Source of the DNA: Geosiphon pyriformis uo1 | Taxonomy: Eukaryota > Fungi > Glomeromycota | NCBI GenBank assembly: GCA_016748015.1 | Contig: JAAOMT010000135.1 | Location: 991,085 to 1,055,084, forward strand | Direction of reading: 5' to 3' | Length of the DNA stretch: 64,000 bases | Part shown: in pieces, positions 26,001 to 40,048 of the stretch | Position numbering within the stretch: position 1 is the first letter of the stretch | Layout of the letters: the number at the start of each line of letters is the position of its first letter | Translations under genes and position numbers: made by a program | Notes under the pieces: model-generated | What the model was told of the DNA's origin: nothing | Database searches by the model: none | What the model saw: the letters and a program-made list of their open reading frames with translations, nothing else

Positions 26001-27770
26001 AGTCTCAATTAGAGCAATGAGTCTTGTGTTGATCAGGGTTCTTTCTTAGTCATATGGTTTTAGTATCATAGAGACTCAGGCCTCCTTCCATAGTGCTGGA
26101 ACCATCATCAAATGTAGGCACAAATTACAAATATTCAACAGACCACCCAGAATCTTTTTATTGCAATGCTTCCATAATTCATTGATAATACTAGAAAGTC
26201 CAGCTGCTTTGTCATCTGGTAAATCCTTGACCACTAATAACAACTCATCCAGACTGAAACTGCATATAACACCTAAAAATGCACCAGTATTAACATAAGC
26301 CAAGAGGGCATATTGATTTGACCAGCAATCTAACAGAACATTGGGCACTACACATTTTCTTGTCCATCCTTCCATAATCATATCAATGTTTGACTTGACA
26401 TCACAAGGATCCAAAATCAAATTATTATCCACTATCAAGTGGTTAAGCACTACCTTTCAAACAGGTCATTCCAACACACTTTGAATTATGCACTCTTTGT
26501 CAGAGCAAAAGAATTCCATATGTTTGTCAATTGCCTTCCTAATGGAATTATCCCTAGCTATTCTGGATTCATAATATTTGGATTTGTGATATTTTTTTCT
26601 CATCCCAGCCAGGTAATGGAGAGCTATTTTAGCCCCAACATTACCATTAATTAGAGTCTCAAACTTAAAAGCTTTTGTTTCATCAAGACCAGACCAAGTG
26701 TGTAAAAAGCAAGTAAAATCAACTGTGCAACTCTTACTCAAATTTTTCACAATTTTTGCCACCAGAAGTTCCAACCTAAAAAACTTGGAAGAATGTTTGT
26801 TTCTTGCACACTCAAAATCACTGAATCAATGTTTGAAAAAAATCTTATCAGCCAATACCATTACAACTTCTTTCAGAATGTTTCACATTGTATTCAAATC
26901 CCCACAATCTTTTGCCTAGGTGAATTCAGGTAAAACCAAAGCAAATCTGTCAAACAAATGCTCTCTGAAATGCAACTATTTACTAGTGTCGGCATCCTTG
27001 ATCTTGAATTTCCATCTGTTCCAGTTGGTTTGCTTGTGTAAACTATTTAAATTGACATCTACAAGACCTCCTAATCCAATTAAGACTGAAACTGCTTTAT
27101 AATCAGTGTCAAAAAATTCCACAACAGAGCCGATTTTATGGCCAGCAACAGCAGAAAACAAATTGCAACTAATAAAAATAAAATTGATAGTTTTTTCGAT
27201 CTCTTTTGAGTTGAACCAAGTAGGAACTTTGACCAGTTCATGTTCAACAAATGAATTCACCAGACCTAAATCAGAACAAAACTTGAAACTTGCACTTTTT
27301 CCTTTCCCATTTTCATTAAAGTCTCTACCCAAGACCACAAATGTGCTGGAATTGACAACTTTGGCAATGAAGGAATTAACAACCAAAGCTTGACTGAATT
27401 TTGATTCAATGAAGGCACCAGCATAAAGACCCAAAATAGATATCAAAATTTTGCCCTTGAAAAGAAGCTTAATTGAAATGACCTGCCCAGGAATCTCCTC
27501 CACTTTAGACACATGTCAAGCTAAACACTCATTTATGATAACTGTCACTCCAGCTTCTAAAAAACCTTTTTTCAGCTCAGAAGTAAATATTCGCACTCCA
27601 TCAAATTTTTTCATAATCTATGGTCTAATACTAGACCTTAGTTTAGTCTCAGTAATGAATGAAACCATGTTATCCGAACTCATGTGTTACTGTATAACAT
27701 CTTCCTGTTTTGCTGGAACATTAATGCCATGAACATTGCATGTAGCAAATTTTCAAATCAAGTCACTCAT
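23083..27770 (-). pseudogene. LINE ORF2 (APE-RT-RNase H-CCHC), interrupted
   Basis: GRDFNE, QDMCKIYD, AFMNDTIW, VYTNSS, FIDSQ, CILCGLLEDSDHLFVC. Confidence 0.9.
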
Positions 27771-29638
27771 TGGGAAGCAGAAGACATCTGAAAACCCAAG
27801 CCAGCACACAACTGATCTAACTTTGCCAAAACTGAATCAATTGAAGCTTCAAAAGCCACCAACTTTGGCTCTAAGCAATCCACTTTAATTGTCAAAATCT
27901 TTGAGCTATTGATTCCCAAAGCTAAGACAACAGGAGGAGATACAGGTAGTGCATCAGAATTATCCAAAACCATATTAGAATTCAAATCCACATTGACATT
28001 AACTGGGGCAGCCAAACTATCAGAAGAAGAAGAAGAAGCCAAAGACACCAATTTCATACTGCTAAGTTTATGCATAATGCCAGAAATCTGATTACCCAAG
28101 AGCTCTAAGGAATGTTTCAGAAAGGATAAATAAGTGTTCAATGACAAATTACTAGTTAGGACCAGAGGAGAACCACCGCTCAAATCTGAGGCACCAGAAG
28201 AAAAAGAACCAGAACCAGACTCAAACCAAAAATCACCAGAAAAAATTACAAAAGAAACCACCTAAGCCTATGACTTGCCACCAAAAGCAGCAAAGCAAAA
28301 AATAGGAACATTCTTTTTGGCATATAACTTGGCCAACTGAAGATGATTCACATCAGAAATGTTCCTTTTAACTGTTTTTTTAGAAGGGGCAAACACCAGA
28401 GTGTTAGAGGCATCACATTCCAAAGCTGAGTGTCCAAATTTCCCACACTTTTCACACTAAACCAAGTCTAGTTTGGCCCAAGAAAGTCTCATCCCACCAA
28501 AAATTGGCTTAGTGCAAAATGCAGATTCAAGCTCATTTTTGAATTCAAAACTAACAATGGCACAGCAAGTCCAGTTGTCAGTCTTCAGAGAACAGTTGAT
28601 TACACAAGTTTTCTCACCAGTCCCATCCAAAAGAGTACCAAGATCATGTGCAGTTGTTTCTATTAGCAAAGTAAACAAAAGCACCCTAAAGCAATCCCTA
28701 AACATCTAAGTATCCTAATTTCCCACAGTCATAACCACATGTACTGAGTTCTTCCTAATGAGGAATGACCATCTTAATGCCAGTTGTTTGGTCTGTTCTA
28801 ATTCAGCAAATTCTACTATTGCCTTCTGCCACAATCTAATTAGCTGAATTTTGATTGACTTAATATCACCAAACTCAGACACTGCAGTAATGATCATCTT
28901 CTTTGGCATGTTCATGAGAATTTCTTTAATTACTATGGCCCAATCTGAACAAACTTCTTGTTTCTTGAGATCACTGTTTATGTTGATTTCTTTTTCACTG
29001 GCCAATAATGCAGCCTTAATCATGCTTTCTTCAGAAGTAAATGTAGATCAGATGATTCTCTCAAATTTTGAGAAAGTAGTAACCCCCCCAAAACTATTAA
29101 TTGAAGAAAAAATTTTTCTAATGAATTGAGTCTTAACCATTGCTGATTTCCCTTCCACAACACTAAGATTTATATTAAGAGCAAAAGACTTATTTACAAA
29201 CATTTCAACTTGAGTCTTAATAATTTTTGGATTGACCCACTTTCTGTTAAGAGAGATTCTAAGAGGAGGAGGAAGAGACCCATCATCTTCATTCATGTCA
29301 TAATCAATTGAGCCAAGAGGGAAGTCACAAACTATGACAGTATTAACTCTTTTAGTTTTAGGAGTGTTTGCTGCCAAACCAAGAAGAAAATTATTGTCAG
29401 GACTAAAAAAAACATCCTCATCACCACTATCCCCAGACATGCTGTTCATATTCGAATACACACCACTACTAGGACCAAGTTTGACTAAAGAGATGTTCTT
29501 TTTATCACCCAAATGCTTGACATTACCAACAGAAATCTTTTTCTTTTAAGAAAAAGAATCCCCAATAAGACCATAGAAAACTCCTATAGGCATCTTTTTT
29601 TTGGACATAGAGCCACTTGAAGCAGCAGCCAGATTCAT
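27767..29638 (-). pseudogene. LINE ORF1, interrupted
   Basis: KIQLIRLWQKAIVEF, degenerate CCHC knuckle, C-terminus homologous to copy 1. Confidence 0.85.
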
Positions 29639-29759
29639 TACAAAAAGATTATTTGATTGAGAAATGTTTGCAAAAATTAATAAAAAACAAAAAAACTTTT
29701 TTTTTCAGAGAAACGCTTTTTGAGGATTTGTAAATATAAGAGAGAAAGAAGTTTTTTAA

Positions 29760-31925
29760 TTTTTATAAATATATTAAAATAAAAAATAAAATAAAATAAT
29801 TTTTTTTTATAGTTATTAAAAACCAAAATTCAAAAAAATTTAATATTATAAAAGTATTTTTTATTTAAAGTTGTTTTGATGCAATTAATTAAATTTAATT
29901 TTAATCTATTTATTATTAATATAAAAAAATTTAAACTTTTTAATAATAAGCTAATAATTAAATTATTATTTTTTTAGTAACTTTTATTTAAAAAAATTAA
30001 CAAGAAATTTTTTTAAGATATTTAAATTTTTTGGTGTTTTTTAAATTTTTTTTCTTGTAAATATTACAAAAAATTATTTTTGGTAATTACAATCATAATT
30101 TGTTTTGTATTTGAAAGTTTATTATTATTAAATCTCAGTTTATAATATTAATATTAATGATTTTGTTCATTTAAAAATTTGAAAATTAGTTTTATGAATT
30201 TTATTAACTTTTAACAAAAACATAACAATTTTTTTTATAAATAGTATTATTTTATTATATGTTGTTTTTATTAAAATTATTGGTAATAGTTTTTTGCTGT
30301 TTTTTTTTGCAGTTTTAAAACAATAATTTTATTTTTTAATATAAATAATATTAAAATTAATTGTTTTACCAAAATTTTTAACTAAAAATTTTTTTAAAAA
30401 AAAGTGTTTTTAATAATAAATAAAATATTTTTTAATTTACTTAATGTTTTTATAAATTAATAGATATTTTTTTACAAGTTAAAATTATTATATATATATA
30501 TATTTGGTTATATAAAAGTAAATTAATTTTAATTGAATTATAAATATTTGTTAAGTTATTAAATTATTTATTTGTTAATAAGTGTTTTTTAAATTAATTT
30601 ATTTATATTATTTAAATATAATTAATTATTAATTAATTTATAATAATAATTTTAATAATAATATATGTTAAATTTTATTGAATAATATCAGTTTTATTAA
30701 ATTTATATTTATTATAATGTTTATGTTAAATTTAATTATAAGCAATAGTTTTTTTGTTTTAAATAATAATATATTTACCAAGTTGGTTTTAATTAATTTA
30801 TAATTAAATTGTTTAATATATTGAATTTTAATTAATTTTTACCTGTTTTAAAAACAAAATAAATTATAACTTAATATATAACTTTAACTAATTAGTTTAT
30901 TAAATTATTTAATTTTAAAAATAAGTTAATAAAATAAAAATAAAATTTATTTGTTTTTTTAAAATATTGGTTTTAGTAGTATTTAAAAAAGTTTTTATTA
31001 GGTTTTTAAATAGATAATTTTTGAATAAAATTATAAAAATTATATTAATTTATATTAAAATTGTTATTATTAAATATTTTTTTATTTTTAATATGTTTAT
31101 TTTCTTAATAATAATTTTAAATTTATTATTTATATATTATTGTTAAAATTTAACTTAATTTTGTTAATAAAATATATTTTTAAATATTTAAAAAAATATT
31201 ACAAATTAATATACAAACTTAAGTTATTTAAACAATTATTATTTAGTTTTAACTATAAAAAATTTTTAATTTTAATAATTTAAGTCTTAAATAATTGTTT
31301 AAATTTGTTTAAATTTGTTTAAAACTGTTTGTTTATTAAATTTTAATAAATTTTATTGGCTTTTTTTTTGAAATATAAAATTTAATAATAATATATCTTA
31401 GTTTTATAAATTTTTAAAAATTAATTTTTTTTAAACAATAATAATAATATTTATTTTGGGTTTAATATTTTAAAATAACTAATAAATTAATAATTAATAG
31501 TCAAACAATTACAAAATTGTTAATTTTTAATAAAAAAACAAAAAAAATTTTTTATTTTTAATTAAAAAAGAGTTGTTTTTGTAAATTGATTTTTTTAAAA
31601 ATTATTATGTTAAATATTTATTATTAAAGAAAAGTTTTTTTTTATACAAATTTTTATTATATTATTTTATGTTTTTAAATTGTTTATTAAAATATTTGTT
31701 AATTTTTTGTATATAAATATAAATTTTAATAAATTATTTATTATTTTGAAAAACTTTGATTAATTTTAATTTAAACTGATTGAATATTATTTGAACTATT
31801 TAAAATTTATATATTTTATATAAATTTTAACTTAAATTGCTTAAAATTGTTTTTGTATTTAAAGTTTAGAGTTTTATATATTTTAATTATAATATTTTAG
31901 TTTATTGATTAATTCTTATAAAAAA
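29760..31925. other. Extremely AT-rich desert between LINE copies 3 and 4
   Basis: About 2.2 kb nearly devoid of G/C, with no CpG seen and no ORF in the track. Confidence 0.75.
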
Positions 31926-32064
31926 AATTATTATTATTATTATTTTTTTAATGAGCAAAGTCCAAATACTGCCTAGTGACAATACATTAAAATAATGATC
32001 TATACTAAGTGTGAATTATGCTTTTCCTATACATGACTAGCTATTCGAGCCAATCAAGACTACA

Positions 32065-35000
32065 CTATACACCCACATACACAGAAACCAAATTACTTAT
32101 ACCCGAGAAAAACCAACAGGAACTGCGCAGTCCAAAACTAACACCAAATGCATCATCAATACCAAGCAATCTGATTACTCTGGCTGAAAGCATTGATATA
32201 TTACTGGACACTAAGACAGGGATCAAACCATCACAAGAGATCAGACCACATTTCTCCATAAAAACATGATGCTTGGAGTGAACCAGCCAGACATCTTTTC
32301 TAAAAGACAAGCACAAACCATGAACAAATTCAACAACTTTACCAGACGCAATTTTGGAGTTATCAAAATAGAAAGCAGCCTTCTGGTACCAATTCACAAA
32401 CACAAAACCTTTGCATAGAGAAGCAACCAGCTCTAAATTAGCCAAACAATTGGATAACATTTGTAACACACGAGAGAAGGCATGAGACAGACCAAAAATA
32501 GTCCTTCAAGTAGAAGCAAAATCAACAAACAATTGAAACCAAGCAGCCGCTTCAAAAGCACAAGAGAAAACATGGTCCGATACTTTGATATTGTCACAAT
32601 GCAGGTATACCACATTGGGGTAATGTCTATTATAGAGGCATTTACGAACAGTGACAGGCAGTTTATGATGTAAAGCTTTCATAAAATAGGAGTGGGAGCC
32701 AGCAAAGTGGCAACTTATAAAGCCAATAGCCATGTGGGAGTCAGGATGCCAAACAAGAGACAATTTAAACCAATCAATATCTACAAGCAGACGACTGCTC
32801 ACAATTTTGGAGCCAGAGCCCAATTCCCAGCATGTACAATAAATAGACCAAAAAATATCACAAACAAAGTGTCTAGAGTTTCCAGAAACAATGTTGCCAT
32901 TAGTCAAAACAAAACATTTCTTAAGCCAGGAAGGAAAAATTTAGCCTGAACAGAGAGAAACATCAGTAAGCAAGTCAGCTCTATCATTACCCAAAACACC
33001 CAAGTGTCTTTTAATTTTACCCCAGTCAACATTCAAATTTCTCTTATGTATGATGCTAGCAATGTGTTGATGCTTAACTCAACATTTGTTTTGAAAATCC
33101 GGAACCAACAACAAAAGTTCAGATTTATATACATCCAGAGCAACTTGGCTGTCAGAAAATAAACTGATTGAACTTAAACTAGGCATACACTCAAGAGCCA
33201 ACACAATGGCTTGAAGCTTTGTCAATGTAGAAGACACCATGCCAAACACCTCCATCCCAAGACCTAAGTTAATATCCTCAAAGAACACAGCAGCACCAGC
33301 TTTCATACCAACACTCTCCAAGCCACAAAAAGAACTATCCATGTACACAAAAAAGCCAGAGGCACCAACACTAAACAACTGATCATGGACAGACCTAAAC
33401 TCATGAAATTCCAGAATGCTTTTTGCAGCAGCAAATTTCAGAGAGAAAGGGCTGACATCAAGAGAACCAGAACCATAGAGATGCCGAATGGCAGTAACAA
33501 ACCAGACAAAAACAAAACCATGTAGGTTGAGTCTCTTCTACCACTTGAAAGTCTTTCAATCAAAGATAGCATTATTCCAGCACCAAAGCTGCTCAACAAA
33601 GGCAATTTTATAATGATAAAGGGAGGGAAGACACCTGACATATATTGACTTACTGAGAATCCCAAATAAAAAAGTTCCATTCTGGGATCGAAAAGCATTA
33701 CATATAAGATTACCCAAAGACAAACCAGAGTCAAAAAAGACCTGAACCACACCTGCCAAGAAGTTGTTCAAAGGATTAATATTAATGCAAACTAAAAAAC
33801 ACAAGAGATGTACCAGACACCAACTTAGGACTTGTAAATTGTGCAATCTATGCACAAACAATTGGCTCAAAATTCCAACAGAGTTAGTGAAATATACTAC
33901 AGCAGCAATCTTGTCTTTGGTCTGGACCTGCTTAAAAGTCTTTAAGCCATAAAACAAAGAGTGGTACAATACATCATTAAAAAAGTCCAAGGGCAGACCT
34001 GATTTCAGTTTCAGGCCTTTTCAAATTAAAACATCTCACTTCTGGCACACACTAGCAAAAACAAAGCTAAACTGAATCCTGTAACCAATGATAGGATAAA
34101 GAACTGCCAAGACCAAATAAGAAAACTGTTTGTCTGAAATTGCTTTTCTTAGAACAATATTGGCAAAAAACCGAACATTCGAATGTGCTTTGGCCAAGCT
34201 AGGCTTAGACAATCTATCAGAAGAAAGAAAGATACCCAGATATTGGTAAGACATCCTCTTTTTAGTGATGGAATAGAAGTGCCACTAACAGATAAAAAAG
34301 GAGCCACTACTTTGCAATTAATTGGGATTGTCACAGTCTTGTCATTGTTGATTGAGATATTATTCATCTTGAAAAATTCACTGACAATATTGAGAATGTG
34401 TTGTGTAGCCACCTAACTAGAACCAACTCATATAGTATCATCAACAAATGCACCTGCAGTAAGAAAAGAGGTTAAACCATCCTGGAAATTTACATGACCA
34501 GTTCTGGCAACATAATGTGAATTCAATCTGTAACCACACACTGTCTCTTGCCTCTTTATCTCACACAACAAAGTGTCATAAAAAATATGCCAAAGGAGAG
34601 GTAAAAATACTTCCCCCTGATCCAAGCCATCATGAACACCATAACCATCAGTCAATCCAAAATCAGTCATTACTCTGTTTATGCAGCCATTGTGAATATT
34701 CCCAAAAAATCTAATGAATCTATTGCACATTTTGATCCTGACCAAACTTCTCCTTAGATGTTCCCAGCCAACCAAATCATATGCTTTTTTCATGTCTTGC
34801 AAAACTAACCAAAGTTTATGATCCTTTTCCAATGCATTTTCGACTACTGAACCAATAGCAAAAATATGAGACTGTGTTGATGTACCTTTAAGAACTGAGA
34901 AGTTGTCACCATAAAGAACATCATACTTACTACATGCCAAAGAGATCCTGTTAGAGAGGATCTTGGAGAGAATTTTATAGACAGTCTCAGTCAGTGCAAT

Positions 35001-36742
35001 AGGATAGATATTTGTCAAAACACCCTTCCAGTCATAAGGTTTAGGAATCATAGACACCCAGGCCTCTTTTTAAGGACCCAGAACAGATTCACAAATCAAA
35101 CAGGAGTTCAAAAGCATTAAAAGTGAATTCAAAACAGATCTGTCCATAGCTCATTTGTAATACCAGAAAGGCCAGCAGCTTTATTATCAGGCAAATCTAA
35201 AACCACATCAAAAAATTCATCCACCTCAATTGGATGCATAACATTTGAAAAAGCATCATTGAAAATGTACTTCAAAGGTTGAAATTGACAAGACCATTCA
35301 TCCGAAATGTCGTCAACCACCATATGCTTTTTGGTTCAGCCCTTCATAATTCTATCAACATGAAATTTAACCAAGCCAGACTTCAAAATAAGGTCTTCAT
35401 CCACAACTAAATAATTCAATGTAATCTTGCAGAATGGCCACTCAAGAACACTTCTAATAATTTGACTCTTGTTCAGCTCAAAGTTTTCTATCCTTCTGTT
35501 AATTGCCAGCCTGATTTGAGAATTCTTAGCATGTTTTGATTCTATCATCTTAAAGGAATGATAAGACTTTCTAATCTTTGCCAACACTAATCTAATAGTG
35601 TTAAAATGAGATTCCAAAAAAAAAAAAAATTTGATGACAAAAGCATTGACAGAATCCAAAGACACTCAAATGTCTAAAAGAGAAACAAACTCATCAGATA
35701 ATACAGAATGTGAGGTCTTCACCAACTTAGAGACCAAAATTTCCAATTTATGATAGTAAGAAGAACACTTAGTAAAGCCACTATCAAAGTCTTTAAACCA
35801 GGTTTTTGAGAAAACTTCATTTACTGAAAGACAAATGGCTTTATGAATAACACTCCACATACTGTCCAGATTAACCAAATGATGAGAATCCACAAACTTA
35901 TCAGAAAACATGGCAAAATTATCATGAGATGCAATCTTATACTATTCCCATTTAGCTCTATCAGCATTTTTAACATTAAATTTTCACTTGTTTTTATTGG
36001 TTTACACATAAATAGCCCTTAAAACAGGATCCAAAATCCCATCAAGACCAATTATAATTTGAACAAAACTATGATCAGTGTTAAAAAACTCATCCACATC
36101 CACAACTTACTCATTAACTAGAGCATTACTCAAACTTTGTGAAACAAAAATGTAATCAATGGTTCTCTTAACACCTCTGAAATTCCTCCAAGTAGAAGCC
36201 TTAATGTAAGAACTATTAACCAATATATTGACCAGCCCTAAATCCATATACTTACTAAAACTAGAGCTACATTTTTTCCCATTCTCATTGAAATCACCAT
36301 CTAAAATAACAAAAATACTCTCATTACAAGCTCTAACTATAAAAGAATTAACAAGGCCAGCCTGAATTTTACACTTATCCAGAAAAGTCTCCACATATAA
36401 ACCCAACACAGAAACAAATTGTTTGTTTTTGAATAGCAAATGGACCATCAAAAGTCTATCCAGAATCTCAAAGATATTTGAAACATGTTTGGCTAAGTTT
36501 TCATTCATGATTAAAGCTATACCCACACCTAAAAACCTAGCATCCAGACCTAAAGTAAACACTCTCACACCAAAAAATTTATTTGCAATCTAAGGCTTGA
36601 CACAAGAGTAAAGCTTAGTCTCAGTAACTATTGAAATGATATTATTCGAAACCTTGTGCCATCTAATAATGTTATTCTGCTTAGTAGGTACATTCATATT
36701 TCTAACATTACAAGTAGCAATTCTCCAAGCTAAACTACTCAT
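32065..36742 (-). pseudogene. LINE ORF2 (APE-RT-RNase H-CCHC), interrupted
   Basis: DGDFNE, IDYIFVS, QDMKKAYD, GLDQGEV, AFVDDTI, VYMDSS, FSDSQ. Confidence 0.92.
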
Positions 36743-38564
36743 TGGGGAAAGAAAGGGGTCATCACACTACTGCCAGAACCAAAAGAGTCCAACTTATTTA
36801 ATATTGTTTTAACTGAATTTTCTAGAACCACCAGATTAGCCTCCAGGCCACCCACTTTTGCAGTTAGAACATAGAAACCACTTGGAAAGATGTTCTGGGA
36901 AATGGCAGTGACCACACTATGCACAAAGGGAATGAATAACGAAATATTAACAGCCATATTCAGTACTGGAATATGTTCAGAAATGAACAAAACAGTAAGA
37001 TTTGCCAATGAAACAGCCAATACTCTGTTCAGCTTCCGTGAAATGTTAGCCACCTGTTTAAACACATTCTCAAGTAAATACTTGAGGACACTAATATGCA
37101 AAGCCAGAACTGTAACTGCAAACATTGAACTGTCAACCAATCTTATGTTCAGATTGGTCCCAACAAACAGTGTAGAAGACAAATTTTTTGAAGAGTCATT
37201 TACTACAGAAGCCCAAGTCATACTGCCAAAGAAGATTAGATGAGACACAGAAGCTTGCTTTTTGGCATAAATAAGCACAAAGCACCTTTTATCTGAATTG
37301 GAACAAAAAAATCTTTTTTTATTGAAATCCTGTTCAATGTTTTTCACACTACTGTCACATCCAAAGAAAACATGACCAAAATTACCACATGCCACACACT
37401 TAGGAGAAGACAAACCAGTCCATACAAGGTTAACATCCTTAAACACCAGCATAGAGCAAATGGCAGCCTCTCTGACATCTTTAAAATCAAAACAAATAAT
37501 CATACAGCAGGCTTGTACATAAGACACCAAGTTTCTAGAAATGTAGCAAGTCTTCCCACCATATGACTGGACCAAATTTGAGAGATCATGAACAGTCATG
37601 TCCATTGGCAGAATATATAAGAGAGCACAATAGCTGTTCTTAAAATTCCACGTTTGTTTGTTGGTGTTGGCTTTGGCAACATGCACTGAGTCCTTACCCA
37701 GCAAGATTGACTATTTGGACACAACCAGATCAGTAATTTGAGAACTCTCAAACTCTATTAGTGCTTTCTGTTAGAGGCCAATCAGCTGTATTTTGATTGA
37801 AAAAATTTTCTCATACTTGACCAAAGCTGATTCAACTGCTGATTTAAACAGATTGACCAGAATCTCTTTAATAACAATTTTCTTGATCATATGCCAATCT
37901 TCTTCAGATCAGCATTAACAACAAGACTTTCAGACATAGCCAACTGTTTAGCCAAAGTGAGACTGGATTCAGACATGAAAGATGTCTTAACAATGCCTGA
38001 AAACTTTAATAAAGTTAACATACCCCCAAAACCATCAATTTTGTAGAATAACTTCCTGACACTCTTGAGTTTGTTATGTAGAGTAGTTCTGGAAATAGCC
38101 AACAGACCAATGTCAAGTGTAAAGGATTTGGTCAGTTCAAAACAGAGTTTCTCCTTGACAGAAGCAACCAGACAAAGAGAGGATTCCAAAGAAACAGGGG
38201 GAGGTAAGTCCATGTCAACATTATCAACAGCAGAGCCAAAATCACAGAGACCCAGAAATTGAGTCTTTATCATACCAGAGTTGAAGTGTTTCATTTTTGA
38301 GGTGTTGATACTAGAGTCTAATGACCCATTGCTCTTGCTGCCAGCATCATAGCTCATGTTTTTGCCCATTTTATGCTCTAACTTCTTGTTGGAAAAGGTA
38401 TCCATATTTTTATATTGACTGGAATTGCTTACAGGTAATTTGAAAGACAAATCAGCTTCATTACCCAAATGTTTAACTTTTCCAAGTGAAACCTTTGGTT
38501 TTTGTCTCAGACTTTTATTCATAAAGCTGTTAGTAACACCTCTGGCCAATTTCTTTATGAACAT
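36739..38564 (-). pseudogene. LINE ORF1, interrupted
   Basis: CVACGNFGHVFFGC knuckle; FYKIDGFGG and LVVNADLKK shared with the other ORF1s; start approximate. Confidence 0.82.
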
Positions 38565-38739
38565 AGCATTAACAACATTAGATACCAAAGAGACAACAAA
38601 AGAATTGGTAAGTTGAGAAATTGTGAAGACCAAAAAAAATACAAGACAAGAACAGATACAAAAAACAAGAAAACTTTTTCAAAAAATAGCACTATTTTAA
38701 GAATTTGGAATGTAAGAGAGAAAAAAGTTTTTTTATTAT

Positions 38740-39990
38740 CTTAAAAATATTTTTATGACTAAATTAATTAATTTTTTTTGATTGTATTGTTTTTAAAATT
38801 GTTAAGTTAATTTTTTAGATTTATAATTATATTTTGATTTATTTTTAATTTTACTTAATATTTAAAATATATTATGTTATTATTAATGAAAAAATAGTAA
38901 TTTATAATATAAATTATAACTAATTATATAACTTAATACAATAATTATTTAATTAAAAATAATATATTATAATATATTATCTTATATAACTATAAAATTA
39001 TATATTTAATAGTTTTAATATAAAAAAAAACATGTTTAATATTTAAAAATTAATTAATAAATAAATATATATAATAAATATAATATTATTTTTAATTTTT
39101 TTGTAATAAATATTTACAATATAGTTTTTTTAGTTTTTTAAAAACTATTAATATAATTATTTTTAATGTTTTTAAAATTAATATATATTATATTAATTAA
39201 AAGTTTTAAAAAATTAAAATAATTTAAAAAACAGCAAAAACTTGAATTTTTAGCAATAAAAAAACTATTTTAAAAACACCAAAACAATTAAAAACACAAT
39301 TTACAATAAATAAAATAATTAATATTAGAAATTTTAGCTAATAATAACAAATTTATTAAAATTAGTAATTTATTAAAAAACCAAATTAATCAAAATTACT
39401 AAATATTTAAAATTATTAAAATTATTCTTTAAACTAAAATTTTTATTTAATAAATAAAATTTTTATTTTATTATTAAATAACTTTTGTTAAAAAAATAAT
39501 TTTAATCGAAATTATTTACATTAAAAAATATTATAATTATTTTATGTTTTTAAGTTAAAAATATATATACTAAAATAAAAAAACCACAAAAAATTTTTCA
39601 AATAATTATTAAAAACAAACAACATTTGTAATAACAATTACTAAATCAAAAATCCAATTATTAAAACTTATATTACAAATAGAAAATCTTAAACAGCTAT
39701 CAACAATTATTAAAATAAAAATATCAATAACATAAGCCAAATTTAACATACTTTTATGAATAAGCTGTAACAAAAACTCTTGGTTTATGCAAATTTATTT
39801 ATCAAATTGATTAATCAAAAGAACCAAAACAATCACACCACTCAAATTTAATATCAAACAAATTGATAAAACCAATTAAAGTATAAAAAGCAATAACAGC
39901 AAAAAATTATATATTTAACAAAAACAATTGTTTGCAAATTTTTTTGGATTTACAACTGTTAGCTTGTTTATTTGTTTATTTGGTTTCTTT
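38740..39990. other. AT-rich desert grading into normal composition near the LSC1 3' end
   Basis: Near-zero GC at 38740-39200; residual C-skewed sequence at 39200-39950. Confidence 0.65.
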
Positions 39991-40048
39991 CAAATGATAA
40001 ACAGCTGGAAGGATCAACATGAGATAAATATAATCTCAAAATAAATAA

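Larger units (their letters stand above)
22945..29757 (-). mobile_element. LINE copy 3, degenerate, full-length
   Basis: Same organisation as the other copies; 5' motif at ~29690-29757 and 3' UTR hairpins at ~23035-23075. Confidence 0.93.
31927..38735 (-). mobile_element. LINE copy 4, degenerate, full-length (more divergent ORF1)
   Basis: Same organisation; intact RT motif AFVDDTI; (TAA)n tail at ~31927-31950; 5' motif at ~38665-38735. Confidence 0.93.
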
